DNA of 64,000 nt from an uncultured Nitrospiraceae bacterium (GCA_963727805.1 CAVSHF010000005.1:544001-608000), one strand, 5' to 3'; shown: positions 54,034 through 64,000, counted from the stretch's first letter. The notes: generated by a model from the sequence alone, not told the origin. Program-made: numbers and translations.

Positions 54034-54519
54034 ATGAATCAGACAGAAAAAAACCATTGGGTCTTCAGAGCCCACGTACTTGATCGTTCCGGTGCGCTGA
54101 CCAGCATCGCCTCCGCTTTCAGCAATGAGGGCGTAAGCATCGACACTGTCGTGGGGCACGGCTCCGAGGTCTTAGCGGGTACAGATGGCAGCGTTGTGCT
54201 GACCTTCTGTTGTAGCGAAGAGGAAAAAGACAGGATGGTCCGCAAGGTAAGACGTCTCAGCAAGGTGACTCGTCTGCAGGAGCATCCTTATGAGTCGCAG
54301 AGCCTGCGAAAGTCGGCTATCATTCTGGCAAACCGAGAGCTAAAGCCGATTGACGTGGTGGGAGAAATAGCCTTTCTGACAAGCGAGCTAGTGAAAGCCG
54401 ATGCTAACGGCTGGACTTATCTGCTGGCGGGCTCACCCAGTGACCTTGACCCTGTGCTGGAACGCCTCGAAACCGGAGGGGTTGTTAAGGACATCATCTA
54501 CTCGGTGCTGAGTCTCTAA
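54034..54519 (+). CDS. ACT-domain protein (acetolactate synthase small-subunit-like N-terminus)
   Basis: V.DRSGAL..IAS.FS..G.SID..; starts 2 nt after the ptb-buk stop. Confidence 0.7.
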   Translation: MNQTEKNHWVFRAHVLDRSGALTSIASAFSNEGVSIDTVVGHGSEVLAGTDGSVVLTFCCSEEEKDRMVRKVRRLSKVTRLQEHPYESQSLRKSAIILANRELKPIDVVGEIAFLTSELVKADANGWTYLLAGSPSDLDPVLERLETGGVVKDIIYSVLSL

Positions 54520-54564
54520 AATTCACGGCCGCAACAACTTGCTTGCTTTGAGCACTTGCGAACG

Positions 54565-55209
54565 TCATTTGACTTTTGTTACGGCCGGCATCTTAATTAC
54601 CGTTTCACAGCCATTATTTAAGATAACTGCGCCGAGTTCCATGGCTATACCCTCTATCTCCCCAGCATTGCTTGTTTCTGCAATATCGGACGACGGCACA
54701 GTCCCTCCCTCGGAAGCCAGTGTTATGCAAAAGCATCCATCCGAAAAGTGCGTACCGATAGATATAACACCGTTGCTGTTAAGGGATAACATCTTTGCTT
54801 CAATCAGGCAGAACAAAAGATAATGGAAATGTATCGGATTGAGCATAGTCGAGGGCAGTCCGCCCCTTAATTGTTTATTAAAGGAGATACGGTTTCGGTA
54901 AGCCAGTCGGGTCATCAGTGCAACCAGTTCGTCAATAAGATCATTAATATGCACAGCCACATGGTCAGCTTCCATGCGGTGGGCAAACCGAGTGAGGTAA
55001 TCGGTGATCGCCGTAGCCCGCCCTACTTGTTCGTCAACGCATCCTATAAAGCCCAAAAAATGCTTTTCGTCCAGTGCTTTGGACTTCTTTATTTCTATGA
55101 CATCTTTCATCAACCCATTGGTTTCCTTGATGATGGCGAGGTAATTCTTTACCTCATGAGTATAGCAGGATATGATCCTGCCGACAAAGGACATCCGAAG
55201 GTCTTTCAT
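54565..55209 (-). CDS. Degenerate histidine kinase-like protein (H-box kept, ATP-binding boxes lost)
   Basis: THEVKN.LAII.E..GLMKD matches the neighbouring kinase H-box; no N-box, DxGxG or GxGLG. Confidence 0.8.
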   Translation of the reverse strand: MKDLRMSFVGRIISCYTHEVKNYLAIIKETNGLMKDVIEIKKSKALDEKHFLGFIGCVDEQVGRATAITDYLTRFAHRMEADHVAVHINDLIDELVALMTRLAYRNRISFNKQLRGGLPSTMLNPIHFHYLLFCLIEAKMLSLNSNGVISIGTHFSDGCFCITLASEGGTVPSSDIAETSNAGEIEGIAMELGAVILNNGCETVIKMPAVTKVK

Positions 55210-55580
55210 TTCAGCCTTTTCTCATACGCGCTGTCGATTTTGGCTACAAGCGTTTCTATTTCCGAAGGTTTAATGGCGTAATCCGCTGCACCATCCGCCG
55301 CCCATTCAGCAGCGCACTGCTCTGAGCCGTGCCCCGTCAGCAGGATCACCTCAGAGGAGGGGCTGATCTTTTTGATCTTTTTGAGCACCTCGACACCATT
55401 CATGCCGGGCATCTTGAGGTCGAGAAGGACAACGTCGGGCGGTTCATTCCTCACCTTGTCAAGAGCGTCCTCGGCGCAAAACACCGCATTCGCTTCATAG
55501 CCTCTTATCTGAAGCCGTTCTGCGAGAGTCGATGCAAATTCGACCTCATCGTCTACAAGGAGCACTTTTACTTTTGACAT
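55206..55580 (-). CDS. Stand-alone receiver protein
   Basis: VLLVDDE, LLDLKMPG, LTG.G, KP. Confidence 0.93.
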   Translation of the reverse strand: MSKVKVLLVDDEVEFASTLAERLQIRGYEANAVFCAEDALDKVRNEPPDVVLLDLKMPGMNGVEVLKKIKKISPSSEVILLTGHGSEQCAAEWAADGAADYAIKPSEIETLVAKIDSAYEKRLK

Positions 55581-55589
55581 CGTTTCCTC

Positions 55590-57356
55590 TCACTGCGCCT
55601 CTGCGCGTACCGGTAATTCTACATGGAACGTCGTACCCACACTTACTTCACTCTCGACACGTATAGAGCCTCCCAGCCTGTCAACTATTCCATACGTGAT
55701 CGAGAGGCCAAGTCCGGTTCCCTTACCCTTTTCCTTAGTCGTATAGAAAGGCTCGAATATATGCTTGATCTTTTCTTTAGCGATACCTTGGCCATTGTCC
55801 TTGATTGAGACCCTTATCCTTTCAGGATTGTGCAATTCCGTAGAAATGATTATCAAGCCCCCATCCTCTACGGCATCGATGGCGTTGTTGATGATATTAA
55901 GAAAAACCTGCTGGAGCTGTCCCTTGTCAGATATGATCCTGGGCAAGTCTTCCTTTAAGCGTGTTTCGAGGCGAATGTTCCTGTAAAGAATCTCCTTGTC
56001 CAGAAATTCAATGACTTCTCTTATCGTATCGTTCAGATCGATCTCCTCATGCCTTACGTCCATCCGACGCGCAAACCCCAAAAGTCGCTGTGTAATAGCT
56101 TTGCACCGGGTTACACTGTCTGATATGGCCTGAATGAGACCAATAAATTTCTCCTTGTCGATATGAGAACCTTTGGACATGAGAAGGAGATCCTTCATCA
56201 AGCCAGCCTTCTCGTTGATTATTGCAAGTGGATTATTAATCTCATGGGCGACACCTGCACCTAAACGGCCGATGGAGGCAAGCCTCCCCGAATGCTGGGT
56301 CTGGGCTATGGCCTCCTCCCGTTCCAACTCCGCCTCTCTAATCCAATTCACTAACGCAATTGAAATCTTGATATTCGCAATGATACCCAAAAAGATGAGA
56401 AAAACCGCAAGATATACTGAAGCCATGTCTCTTGTCAACAAATCAAGAAGTTTTGATTGTGCTGTAGAAGCAACAGTCATGCCCAGTATCCATGGAGATT
56501 TTTTGATAGACGTGTAGCCAAAGATCAGCGGCGTGCCACCGTTCTGCCGGACGTCAGATAGTATCACATCTTCCGTTGGACGAGGGACCTCGATGGCAAT
56601 TTTTTCAAGCACATTGCCGTGATATCTCGACCGGGTCTGCAAAATGCCCTGATAGTTTATGATAAAGGCGTCGTCCCTACTCTTTAGGTTTACTATCGAT
56701 ACGTAACGATTGAGGGTCACCATATCAATAGTCGCCCTGAGTATACAGAATGTACCCTTTTCCGGCAACTCCTTCTTCACCGCAATTGCAAAATGGGGTA
56801 TTTTCCTGTAGCCCATAAAAACATCACTCACGTAGACACCTCTTACAGCCACCTCGTTGAACCAGTCCTGATTAGAGTAATTTTTGCCTTGCAGGGAATA
56901 TGGACCTGAGTAGCTTAGCTGCATGCCTTTGGAATCGATCAAGCCGAGATCGACTAGTTCCCCAAACTCTCTCTTGAATTTTATGAAAATATCATTAAGA
57001 TATTTTTCATCGGACAATTGCACAAAAGAATTAGCAGCAGCAAGAAACCTCAGGGCCGATATGCGCTCGTCTATAAAAAACTCAACAGACTGCCGGGTGC
57101 TTTCTATATTCCCTCTCATCTGGTTGTTGAAGTCCTCTTTAAAAGCCCCTTGAAGCGAGAGATAACTAAGGATCGTTATCATTATGAGAGGGACGCCAGC
57201 CAAAGTACCTATAAGGAGAAAAATCCTAATTTTAAGAGTTGTATAGCGGTCTTTCGAAAGAGAGGGAACAGACGTAGACGACGGATCTGTATGCAGCAGC
57301 TTCCTGTAGCGGGTTATCATCTTCTGAACCAGCCCATTAGGTCGTTCATCTGTCAT
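55590..57356 (-). CDS. Sensor histidine kinase with Cache-type periplasmic domain
   Basis: GVAHEINNPL, NIINNA.DA, DNG.GI, FEPFYTTK, GTGLGL. Confidence 0.95.
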   Translation of the reverse strand: MTDERPNGLVQKMITRYRKLLHTDPSSTSVPSLSKDRYTTLKIRIFLLIGTLAGVPLIMITILSYLSLQGAFKEDFNNQMRGNIESTRQSVEFFIDERISALRFLAAANSFVQLSDEKYLNDIFIKFKREFGELVDLGLIDSKGMQLSYSGPYSLQGKNYSNQDWFNEVAVRGVYVSDVFMGYRKIPHFAIAVKKELPEKGTFCILRATIDMVTLNRYVSIVNLKSRDDAFIINYQGILQTRSRYHGNVLEKIAIEVPRPTEDVILSDVRQNGGTPLIFGYTSIKKSPWILGMTVASTAQSKLLDLLTRDMASVYLAVFLIFLGIIANIKISIALVNWIREAELEREEAIAQTQHSGRLASIGRLGAGVAHEINNPLAIINEKAGLMKDLLLMSKGSHIDKEKFIGLIQAISDSVTRCKAITQRLLGFARRMDVRHEEIDLNDTIREVIEFLDKEILYRNIRLETRLKEDLPRIISDKGQLQQVFLNIINNAIDAVEDGGLIIISTELHNPERIRVSIKDNGQGIAKEKIKHIFEPFYTTKEKGKGTGLGLSITYGIVDRLGGSIRVESEVSVGTTFHVELPVRAEAQ

Positions 57357-58066
57357 CGTAGTAAGATTACCCTCAACTTACACAAATCCCTTTGCATGCG
57401 CCTCAATTAAAATCACCTTGTCGCATTATAATACTTTAAAGTTAATCAATCGCACAACAGTAATACACAAATAATAACGATGTTAATTTCTTCTTAGTGC
57501 CATTATCGTTGTTGGAATATTTTATTAAAATGCTGGGTTAGGCTATCATACACTAGACAGTAGGATTATTATACGGATGCGACCAGAAAACCGTCGAACT
57601 TTCGTGTGGAGAGCAGCAGCGCGTAACTGTAGCGAGGAAGTTGCTGTTGTAACTCCACGTTGTTCTTGCCAACTAACCGACGTGCAATGTCGATACAGCA
57701 ACGGGTGAACCCCTTTTCAGAGAACTCATCGACATCAACTAAAAGCAAGGTGTTACATTTGTCATCTTAACGCACAACGAATCGCTCTCCAAGAGGTGCT
57801 ATCGCGTCATCAAGATGATTGATGTGATATTATTGAATCGTCAGGGGGTAATGGGCTATGATATACCTTAACTTTTCCGTTAAGGAGGGATTGCCATAAA
57901 ACTTTTGTTGTCAGATGTTTCCACCAAAGAGATAGAACCTTCAAAACTGAATAAAACAGCGAGCATCATCCTTGATAAAATCAAGTGGGTACATGTACCT
58001 ATTTTGTATGTTCCTGTTTAACACAATTATAGTGTTTTAAATACTAAAGGAGGTCTTATTGTAGTT

Positions 58067-59107
58067 ATGGCAAAAAATACTTTCCCATCTCTGCCCAAAC
58101 AACGGATTCCGGACATATTCAACCGTGTCCGAAAGCTTCGAGTCTCTCGTACCGTCATAGTTTGTTTGATCGCGCTGGCATTAACAGTGCTGCTATGCCT
58201 GTCTATTGCACTAGCCTCACCTGAAGCAACGCAGGCAGTTCAGGAGGGCGTTAAGTCATCCATGCCCTGGTGGGCATGGCCTCTGATACTTTTTGTAGTT
58301 ACCTTTTTTCTCGGCATAGTGGCCGTACTCGGAGGAGTAGGAGGCGGGGTTCTTTACGTGCCGATCATCGGTGGTTTCTTCCCGTTCCATCTTGATTTTG
58401 TAAGGGGCGCGGGACTCCTTGTGGCACTCGCCGGTGCACTCGCTGCAGGTCCCGGTCTTCTGAAGAAGGGCATGGCAGACCTGAGGCTTTCCCTTCCTAT
58501 CGGCATCATCGCTTCGGCCTGCGCCATCGTCGGCGCGATGATCGGACTTGCGCTTCCGACGAATGTCGTCCAGACTGCTTTAGGAGCGACAATACTTGGC
58601 ATAGTTTTTATAATGCTCCTAGCCAAGAAATCGGAATATCCCGAGGTAAAGCAGGCTGACGCACTCTCCACGGCACTCAGGATTAACGGCATATATCATG
58701 AACCGTCAAGCGGGCACGATGTCAACTGGAAGGTCCACCGGACCCCTCAGGCGCTTGCAACATTTATCCTGATCGGCATAATGGCAGGCATGTTCGGAAT
58801 GGGCGCAGGATGGGCGAATGTGCCGGTACTCAATATGATGATGGGCGCGCCTCTGAAGGTCTCCGTTGCGACGAGCAAGTTTCTGCTCTCCATCACCGAC
58901 ACCTCAGCAGCATGGATTTATGTGAACAACGGGGCCGTGCTTCCGATGATCGTCGTCCCGTCTATAATCGGGATAATGCTCGGCTCGCTTGTGGGCGTGA
59001 GGATTCTCTCAAGAACAAAGCCAGCCGCCATCAGGTATATCGTTATTACCATGCTGCTTTTCGCAGGCCTTAGGGCGTTGCTTAAAGGTCTTGGCATATG
59101 GACTTAG
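58067..59107 (+). CDS. TauE/SafE (TSUP) family transporter
   Basis: G.GGGVL.VP and AGMFG.GAGWANVP; polytopic. Confidence 0.9.
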   Translation: MAKNTFPSLPKQRIPDIFNRVRKLRVSRTVIVCLIALALTVLLCLSIALASPEATQAVQEGVKSSMPWWAWPLILFVVTFFLGIVAVLGGVGGGVLYVPIIGGFFPFHLDFVRGAGLLVALAGALAAGPGLLKKGMADLRLSLPIGIIASACAIVGAMIGLALPTNVVQTALGATILGIVFIMLLAKKSEYPEVKQADALSTALRINGIYHEPSSGHDVNWKVHRTPQALATFILIGIMAGMFGMGAGWANVPVLNMMMGAPLKVSVATSKFLLSITDTSAAWIYVNNGAVLPMIVVPSIIGIMLGSLVGVRILSRTKPAAIRYIVITMLLFAGLRALLKGLGIWT

Positions 59108-59121
59108 ATAAGGAGGATTAA

Positions 59122-59538
59122 ATGTCAAACAAATTGAAAGCTACCGAAGAACAACTCGCTTACGCAGCACTCCTCGATAAGGGGATGAAAATCGGGCTTC
59201 TCATGCTGATAATCACCTTTATTATCTACTTGACCGGCATCCTGTCGCCGTATGTGCCGGTCAACGACCTTCCCAAATACTGGATCATGCCGGTGCATTC
59301 CTATCTTGAACAGACAGGGATACATCCCGGCTGGGCATGGCTCTACCTGCTTGATAAAGGGGATTTTCTTAACTTTACCGGGATTGCCTTCCTTGCTGCT
59401 GTGACCCTTATCTGCTTTGTCAGGATTATCCCAATACTGTTCAGGAAAAAGGATACGATCTACGGTATTATCGCCATTCTAGAACTTCTGGTGCTTTCAC
59501 TTGCGGCATCCGGAGTATTGAAAACAGGAGGTCATTGA
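59122..59538 (+). CDS. DUF1634-like membrane protein
   Basis: EQ..YA.LL, GW.WL..L..GD.LN..GI.FL; follows tauE. Confidence 0.75.
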   Translation: MSNKLKATEEQLAYAALLDKGMKIGLLMLIITFIIYLTGILSPYVPVNDLPKYWIMPVHSYLEQTGIHPGWAWLYLLDKGDFLNFTGIAFLAAVTLICFVRIIPILFRKKDTIYGIIAILELLVLSLAASGVLKTGGH

Positions 59539-59675
59539 ACCAGAACAGTATTGTATAGAGCCCCCGGCATTCACTCTATTTGAAATGAAACCGACGGACT
59601 GTTCATGGTTGAATGGAAATAAAGTTTAACATTTAGCCAAAAATATCTTAATATATAGTATAAGGTAAGGAGGTT

Positions 59676-60137
59676 TTGGTGAAAAGAAATAAAGACATAA
59701 AAGTACTGCTGGTCGACGACGAGGAAGCATTTGTCAATACCCTCGCACAACGTTTGAAAATGAGGGAACTTAACGTAGAAACCGTCTATGACGGAGAGCA
59801 GGCACTCGCACAGGTTAAATCAAAGGAGCCCGATGTCATGGTGCTCGACCTGAAAATGCCCGGGCTTCACGGGATGGATGTGCTCAGAGAAATTCGAAAA
59901 TCGTACCCCAATATGCAGGTCATAATCCTTACCGGACACGGGACTGAGAAAGACGAGGAGGAGGCAAGACGGCTGGGGGGATTCGACTTCCTGAGAAAAC
60001 CCGCCGATATCGATAAACTCATCGGGAAAATTAAGGAAGCATATGCTGAAAAGCTCGAAAGAGCGATGACAGCAATCGCTTTTGCCGAAGAAGGTGAGTT
60101 CGACACTGCGAGAAAAATCATAAGAGAAGAAGAATAA
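59676..60137 (+). CDS. Receiver protein with C-terminal FAEEGEF tail
   Basis: REC motifs followed by KLERAMTAIAFAEEGEFDTARKII. Confidence 0.92.
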   Translation: MVKRNKDIKVLLVDDEEAFVNTLAQRLKMRELNVETVYDGEQALAQVKSKEPDVMVLDLKMPGLHGMDVLREIRKSYPNMQVIILTGHGTEKDEEEARRLGGFDFLRKPADIDKLIGKIKEAYAEKLERAMTAIAFAEEGEFDTARKIIREEE

Positions 60138-60163
60138 TTTTCCTTTGAAAACTGCAAGGCACC

Positions 60164-60544
60164 ATGACTAACGAGTTGCTAGCGAACATCCTTCTGGTCG
60201 ATGACGAGGAAAGGTTTGTCGAGATTCTGGCTCAGCGTCTTCAGGCTCGTGGCCTAATCATAGATGTAGCCACGACAGGCGAAAAAGCAATCGCCCTGAC
60301 AAAAGCAAAAGATTTCGACGCGGTCCTTCTGGACCTCTCGATGCCTGGGATGGACGGGATTGAGGTATTGAGAGCTATGAAAAAGACGAATCCGCTGCTC
60401 CAGGTTATCATCCTTACAGGCCAGGGCTCAATTCAGGCAACCGTCGAGGTCATGAAAGAAGGCGCCATGGACTTCATGGAAAAGCCAGTAGATATCAATA
60501 AGCTCCTTGAAAAGATAACAGAGGCTAAACTTAGAAGATCGTAG
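60164..60544 (+). CDS. Stand-alone receiver protein
   Basis: ILLVDDE, LLDL.MPG.DG, LTG.G, KP. Confidence 0.93.
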   Translation: MTNELLANILLVDDEERFVEILAQRLQARGLIIDVATTGEKAIALTKAKDFDAVLLDLSMPGMDGIEVLRAMKKTNPLLQVIILTGQGSIQATVEVMKEGAMDFMEKPVDINKLLEKITEAKLRRS

Positions 60545-61376
60545 AAGCAGCGAAGCTTTTCATTCCCGACGCCAGCAGCAATTTTTATGCTTACTGTAGT
60601 AAACGGATTCATCAGCCTCCGGAAAACAAACCATGGTCTCGGAGGCCGATTCGTTATCAGAGGACATCCTCCACTGCAGAACTATCGTCTAGCATGGATG
60701 CTTCAATTGCACAATAAAAATATCTGTTGCGTAAAGCATTTCCCTTGTGTTGAGCTCTGTGCTGAAGCCGGATCATCAAATCACCTGCCTTCATATCGGT
60801 CCACTGTTAGCCTGCGGATCTCGCCGCGGCTATCGACGAACAAAGTATCTGAGTCAAACACATAGCGTACCGATTCGGTGTAGATAAGTCCTCTGCATCG
60901 CTTTTAAAGAAGACGACCGGGATTCACTTTATTTCTAAAAAGGTCTCTTGATAATTATGGTCTTAACAAAGGAAAGACTAAAGGCTGGCTTTTCCCCTCC
61001 AGACAGCCGCTCTCAATGGATGCTGCTGTAAATCATTCCTTCAGGTATGTGGTTATATCCCTTGAGTATAAATATTAATCATTCCCTCAAGTCTACGACA
61101 CATGACTCAGATACCAAAAACTATTGATGGATATGCTGAAATGAAGTCTTGCAGATTTGCGACTGAAAGCCCGATAGGCTCCAATTCAAAGCGAAAGCAG
61201 GTATGCTCGGATTGGCGGAATTTTAAGACAATTAAGATAAATCTAAGAGTTAGGAAATTTTAATTCACAATTTTTCATAATTTCTTCGCTACAATTTCAC
61301 ATTTATGTGTTAATGTTGTGATGAGTGCGAGGTACGTTCCTGAACAAAAAAGAAATTCATTGATAAAATATATTTA

Positions 61377-62193
61377 GAACCTATCTCAAAATCGTTTGAG
61401 TAGCATGCATATAGACGCAAGCTGCACAAGACCGAGGAAATTCTCGGGGTAGTAGTCCCAGCGAACAAGGAGAGGACGATGCCATTGAAGCCAGGCCCAG
61501 AAACGTTCAACTATCCAGCGTCTCTTATATCGACGAAGTTTTCTTCCGTCCTGCGTCGGGTCTTTAACACGATTGGATTTGTGAGGAGCTATCATATCAA
61601 TACCTCGTTTGCCAAGATCAGCATCCAGGTCGTCGCTGTCATACGCCTTGTCGCCAATAAGCTTCTCGGGCTTCGCTTCTATCATATAAAAATCAAATGT
61701 CAGCTGAACCAATGTCACTTCATGATGATTCGCCGCATGAGTACAAACGGCAAGCGGAAGTCCATGCCTGTCAACGATTCCCATGATCTTTACGCCCTTG
61801 CCGCGCTTCGTTTTGCCGATGTCGGCACCACCGCCTTTGGCAGAGGCAAAGGTAGCATCTATAAAGCTTTCCCGTTCATCTATTTCTCCTTGCTCTCTCA
61901 GCGCATTGGCGAGGCTTGTCAGGACATTGCGAAGCACTTCGCTTCTACACCACTGCTGAAAACGACGATGAACTGTTTTGTAATTCGGAAAGCTCTGTGG
62001 CAACATGTGCCATTGCGCTCCAGTATTCAATATCCACAGAACAGCTTCCAAAACTTTGCGCGTAGGAACAGGTTTTCGACCAGCACGGCCATCTGGAATG
62101 TTCTCCTCAGGAAAGTGCTCTCGTATCAATTCCCATTGTGCATCACTCAAACGCATCCTTTATGATACATCATTTTAATTTTGAGATAGGTTC
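61377..62193 (-). mobile_element. IS5-family element (IS427-like)
   Basis: Perfect 16-bp inverted repeat GAACCTATCTCAAAAT; TA on both flanks. Confidence 0.93.
61386..62156 (-). CDS. IS5-family transposase (single ORF)
   Basis: LSD.QW, TG.QW..LP..FP...TVHRRF..W, IDAT, GDKAYD, RW.VER. Confidence 0.95.
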   Translation of the reverse strand: MRLSDAQWELIREHFPEENIPDGRAGRKPVPTRKVLEAVLWILNTGAQWHMLPQSFPNYKTVHRRFQQWCRSEVLRNVLTSLANALREQGEIDERESFIDATFASAKGGGADIGKTKRGKGVKIMGIVDRHGLPLAVCTHAANHHEVTLVQLTFDFYMIEAKPEKLIGDKAYDSDDLDADLGKRGIDMIAPHKSNRVKDPTQDGRKLRRYKRRWIVERFWAWLQWHRPLLVRWDYYPENFLGLVQLASICMLLKRF

Positions 62194-62271
62194 TAATAAC
62201 AAGTTGTTGAGATCCAATACGATGGGGCGGTACATATACAAACGAAACGTTCCACGCAAAGGAGGTTGGAA

Positions 62272-62754
62272 ATGAAGAAAAGCTTGTCTGTTTTTGTCCT
62301 TATTGTCTTGGTGCTGTTTTCAGTAAGCATGCTACCTGGAAATGCCATCGCAGCAGACGGTCATGGCGGGGGAGGTCATGGATGGGGTCATGGGGGAGGT
62401 CATGGATGGGGTCATGGCGGAGGTCATGGATGGGGTCTTGGATGGGGTCTTGGATGGGGTCCGTGGTGGGGTTATGGATGGGGTTATCCCTATTATCCCT
62501 ATTATCCCTACTATCCTTATTATCCTTACTATGATGCTCCTGCCGCTGTCTACCAGCAGCAGCCGGCATATGAGGAGGCAACACCACGACGAGAGGAGCA
62601 GAGTTACTGGTATTTCTGCACGAAACCCCAAGGCTACTATCCATACGTGAAAAAATGCCCTAGCGGTTGGCTGAAGGTTGTACCTTCTTCAGCTCCACCT
62701 GATCAGGAGATGAATAGTGCACCTTATCCGGATTTGCCGGATCAGAGGCGGTGA
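62272..62754 (+). CDS. Secreted Gly/His/Trp- and Tyr/Pro-rich protein
   Basis: Signal peptide; GHGWGHGG and YYP repeats; YWYFC..P.GYYPYV..CP.GW..V domain. Confidence 0.85.
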   Translation: MKKSLSVFVLIVLVLFSVSMLPGNAIAADGHGGGGHGWGHGGGHGWGHGGGHGWGLGWGLGWGPWWGYGWGYPYYPYYPYYPYYPYYDAPAAVYQQQPAYEEATPRREEQSYWYFCTKPQGYYPYVKKCPSGWLKVVPSSAPPDQEMNSAPYPDLPDQRR

Positions 62755-62758
62755 GGAT

Positions 62759-63322
62759 ATGATGAAAGGCAGAGAAAGTGTCTTTCCATTTTTTATGGTC
62801 TTACTTGTGCTGCTGACGATGGGCGGGTGTGCGACCGTCCCTACTGGTCCTAGCGTAATGTCATTACCAGCCCCGGGGAAACCGTTTGAGGAATTCCAGG
62901 CCGATGACGCCACTTGCAGGCAGTGGGCGGCACAACAGATTGGACAGAGTCCGCAGGAGACGGTCACCCAGAATACCGCCACAGGGGCAGTTGTTGGTAC
63001 GGCCATCGGCGCTGGTCTCGGTGCCGCCATCGGGGCTGCGTCGGGACATATGGGGACTGGCGCAGCCATCGGAGCTGGAAGTGGACTTCTCGTTGGGACG
63101 GCGTCAGGCGCCAATGCGGGGCAAGTATACGGCTGGCAAGCGCAACGGCGATATGATAACGCATATATCCAATGCATGTATGCCAAGGGGAACCAGGTGC
63201 CCGGAGCGGGACCGACTTATCAGTCTCACCGCGTCCGGAGAATTCCGCCACCTCCACCCCCAGATCTCGGCTCTGAGCCTCCAATCTATGAGGCTCCTCC
63301 TGCGCTGCCTCCAGTGCAATAG
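62759..63322 (+). CDS. Glycine-zipper lipoprotein
   Basis: Lipobox MGGC; GAVVGTAIGAGLGAAIG; Q.RYD.AY.QCMYAKG. Confidence 0.88.
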   Translation: MMKGRESVFPFFMVLLVLLTMGGCATVPTGPSVMSLPAPGKPFEEFQADDATCRQWAAQQIGQSPQETVTQNTATGAVVGTAIGAGLGAAIGAASGHMGTGAAIGAGSGLLVGTASGANAGQVYGWQAQRRYDNAYIQCMYAKGNQVPGAGPTYQSHRVRRIPPPPPPDLGSEPPIYEAPPALPPVQ

Positions 63323-63563
63323 CGGGGCTCGACGAGCGGAGTTTGTGGATTATTGCATGATAAGGAAGGGCAGGGCGAATGTCGTGTGCTGCACCGGCTG
63401 GATTGCTATCGAATAGAAGAAAGCGATTTGAGCGGGTTCACTGTAATTTTCAATCCAACGATTGTGACTGAAGGTTCGGCGAATTTGGCAATTTCGTGAG
63501 ATGCAATCACTCACGGACGCAGCCGCCGGTTTGTTTTGGTATATTTTACCATGTATATCTGCC

Positions 63564-63600
63564 GAAAAAGGGCCAGTCCATTGAAGGACGGCCCTTTTTC
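63564..63600. terminator. Bidirectional intrinsic terminator
   Basis: AAAAAGGGCC(a)GTCC..GGACGGCCCTTTTT between convergent genes. Confidence 0.8.
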
Positions 63601-63671
63601 TGTTTCAGTTGACTCCCGCCCGGTTATCTGATGTTGCAATCCGACGGATTCGATATTTTCTGCAGGGTAGG

Positions 63672-64000
63672 TTATTCCACCTTTTCCAATTCGTTGCCAC
63701 ACCTGCATTTCCCCGGTCTATCCGAGATAGTATTGCAATCGCATCCCGGACCGCAGTTACAAACATACAATCCCTTTAGGCTCACTCTCTTTACATTTTT
63801 GCCGCAGCCGCATTTTGTGGGATCGGCTTCGTTAATTTTGCAATCACATTCTTTCCCGCATGTACAAAGTATCGCCACTCCTTTTTCTATCTTAAGAACA
63901 TGCATCGGCACAAGATCCTGTCCGCAACTGCATTTCCCTGGCTTTGTCGACACAGTATTGCACTTGCATTGATCACCGCAATTGCAGACGTAGAGCAGGC
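63672..64000 (-). CDS. Cys-rich repeat protein, 3' part (start beyond window)
   Basis: The frame is open to the edge: LLYVCNCGDQCKCNTVSTKPGKCSCG...; nine CxC pairs in three repeats. Confidence 0.8.
   Translation of the reverse strand, partial: LLYVCNCGDQCKCNTVSTKPGKCSCGQDLVPMHVLKIEKGVAILCTCGKECDCKINEADPTKCGCGKNVKRVSLKGLYVCNCGPGCDCNTISDRPGKCRCGNELEKVE

Noticed and set aside
57400..58060. Sigma54 promoter or enhancer for the second TauE operon
   Set aside because: Only weak matches to the palindrome (e.g. GTTACATTTGTCATC) and no -24/-12 box found.

Overview
Bacterial chromosomal window. Gene content (sigma54/NtrC systems, TauE/USP clusters, PAS-CxxC proteins, Sec recoding) suggests an anaerobic Nitrospirota/Desulfobacterota-like organism; this is inference, not a database result. 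The first ~24 kb is a patchwork accessory region: infC with an ATA start, a stand-alone SWIB protein, a TPR protein, a Gtr-type glycosylation cluster with a decayed UDP-glucuronate decarboxylase, an IS21 with a passenger gene, an IS1202-type element with a 17-bp target duplication, a tyrosine-recombinase + IS91-like transposase element, and orphan membrane/secreted genes. The rest is mostly sulfur and signalling genes: trmJ, a YeeE/YedE transporter, two TauE/SafE operons, two-component systems, lrp-metY-cysK-metX-metW, IS4, ADH, a diguanylate cyclase, pepN, Lon, a Ptb-Buk fusion and IS5. Two signals stand out. (1) The YeeE/YedE gene has two in-frame UGA codons at conserved Cys positions, each followed by a SECIS-like hairpin, so it is probably a double selenoprotein that the ORF track truncates. 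(2) A Lon protease lacks its N-terminal domain and has an intact receiver domain inserted just before the Walker A strand. That receiver is about half identical to the receiver of the sigma54 activator ~17 kb away. The Lon operon and the TauE/USP operon share sigma54 promoters and a TTGCA-TTT-TGCAA palindrome, and both open with a small protein carrying an uncharacterised 'A..FAE.GEF..AR' motif. Together these suggest a phospho-switched proteolysis regulon.
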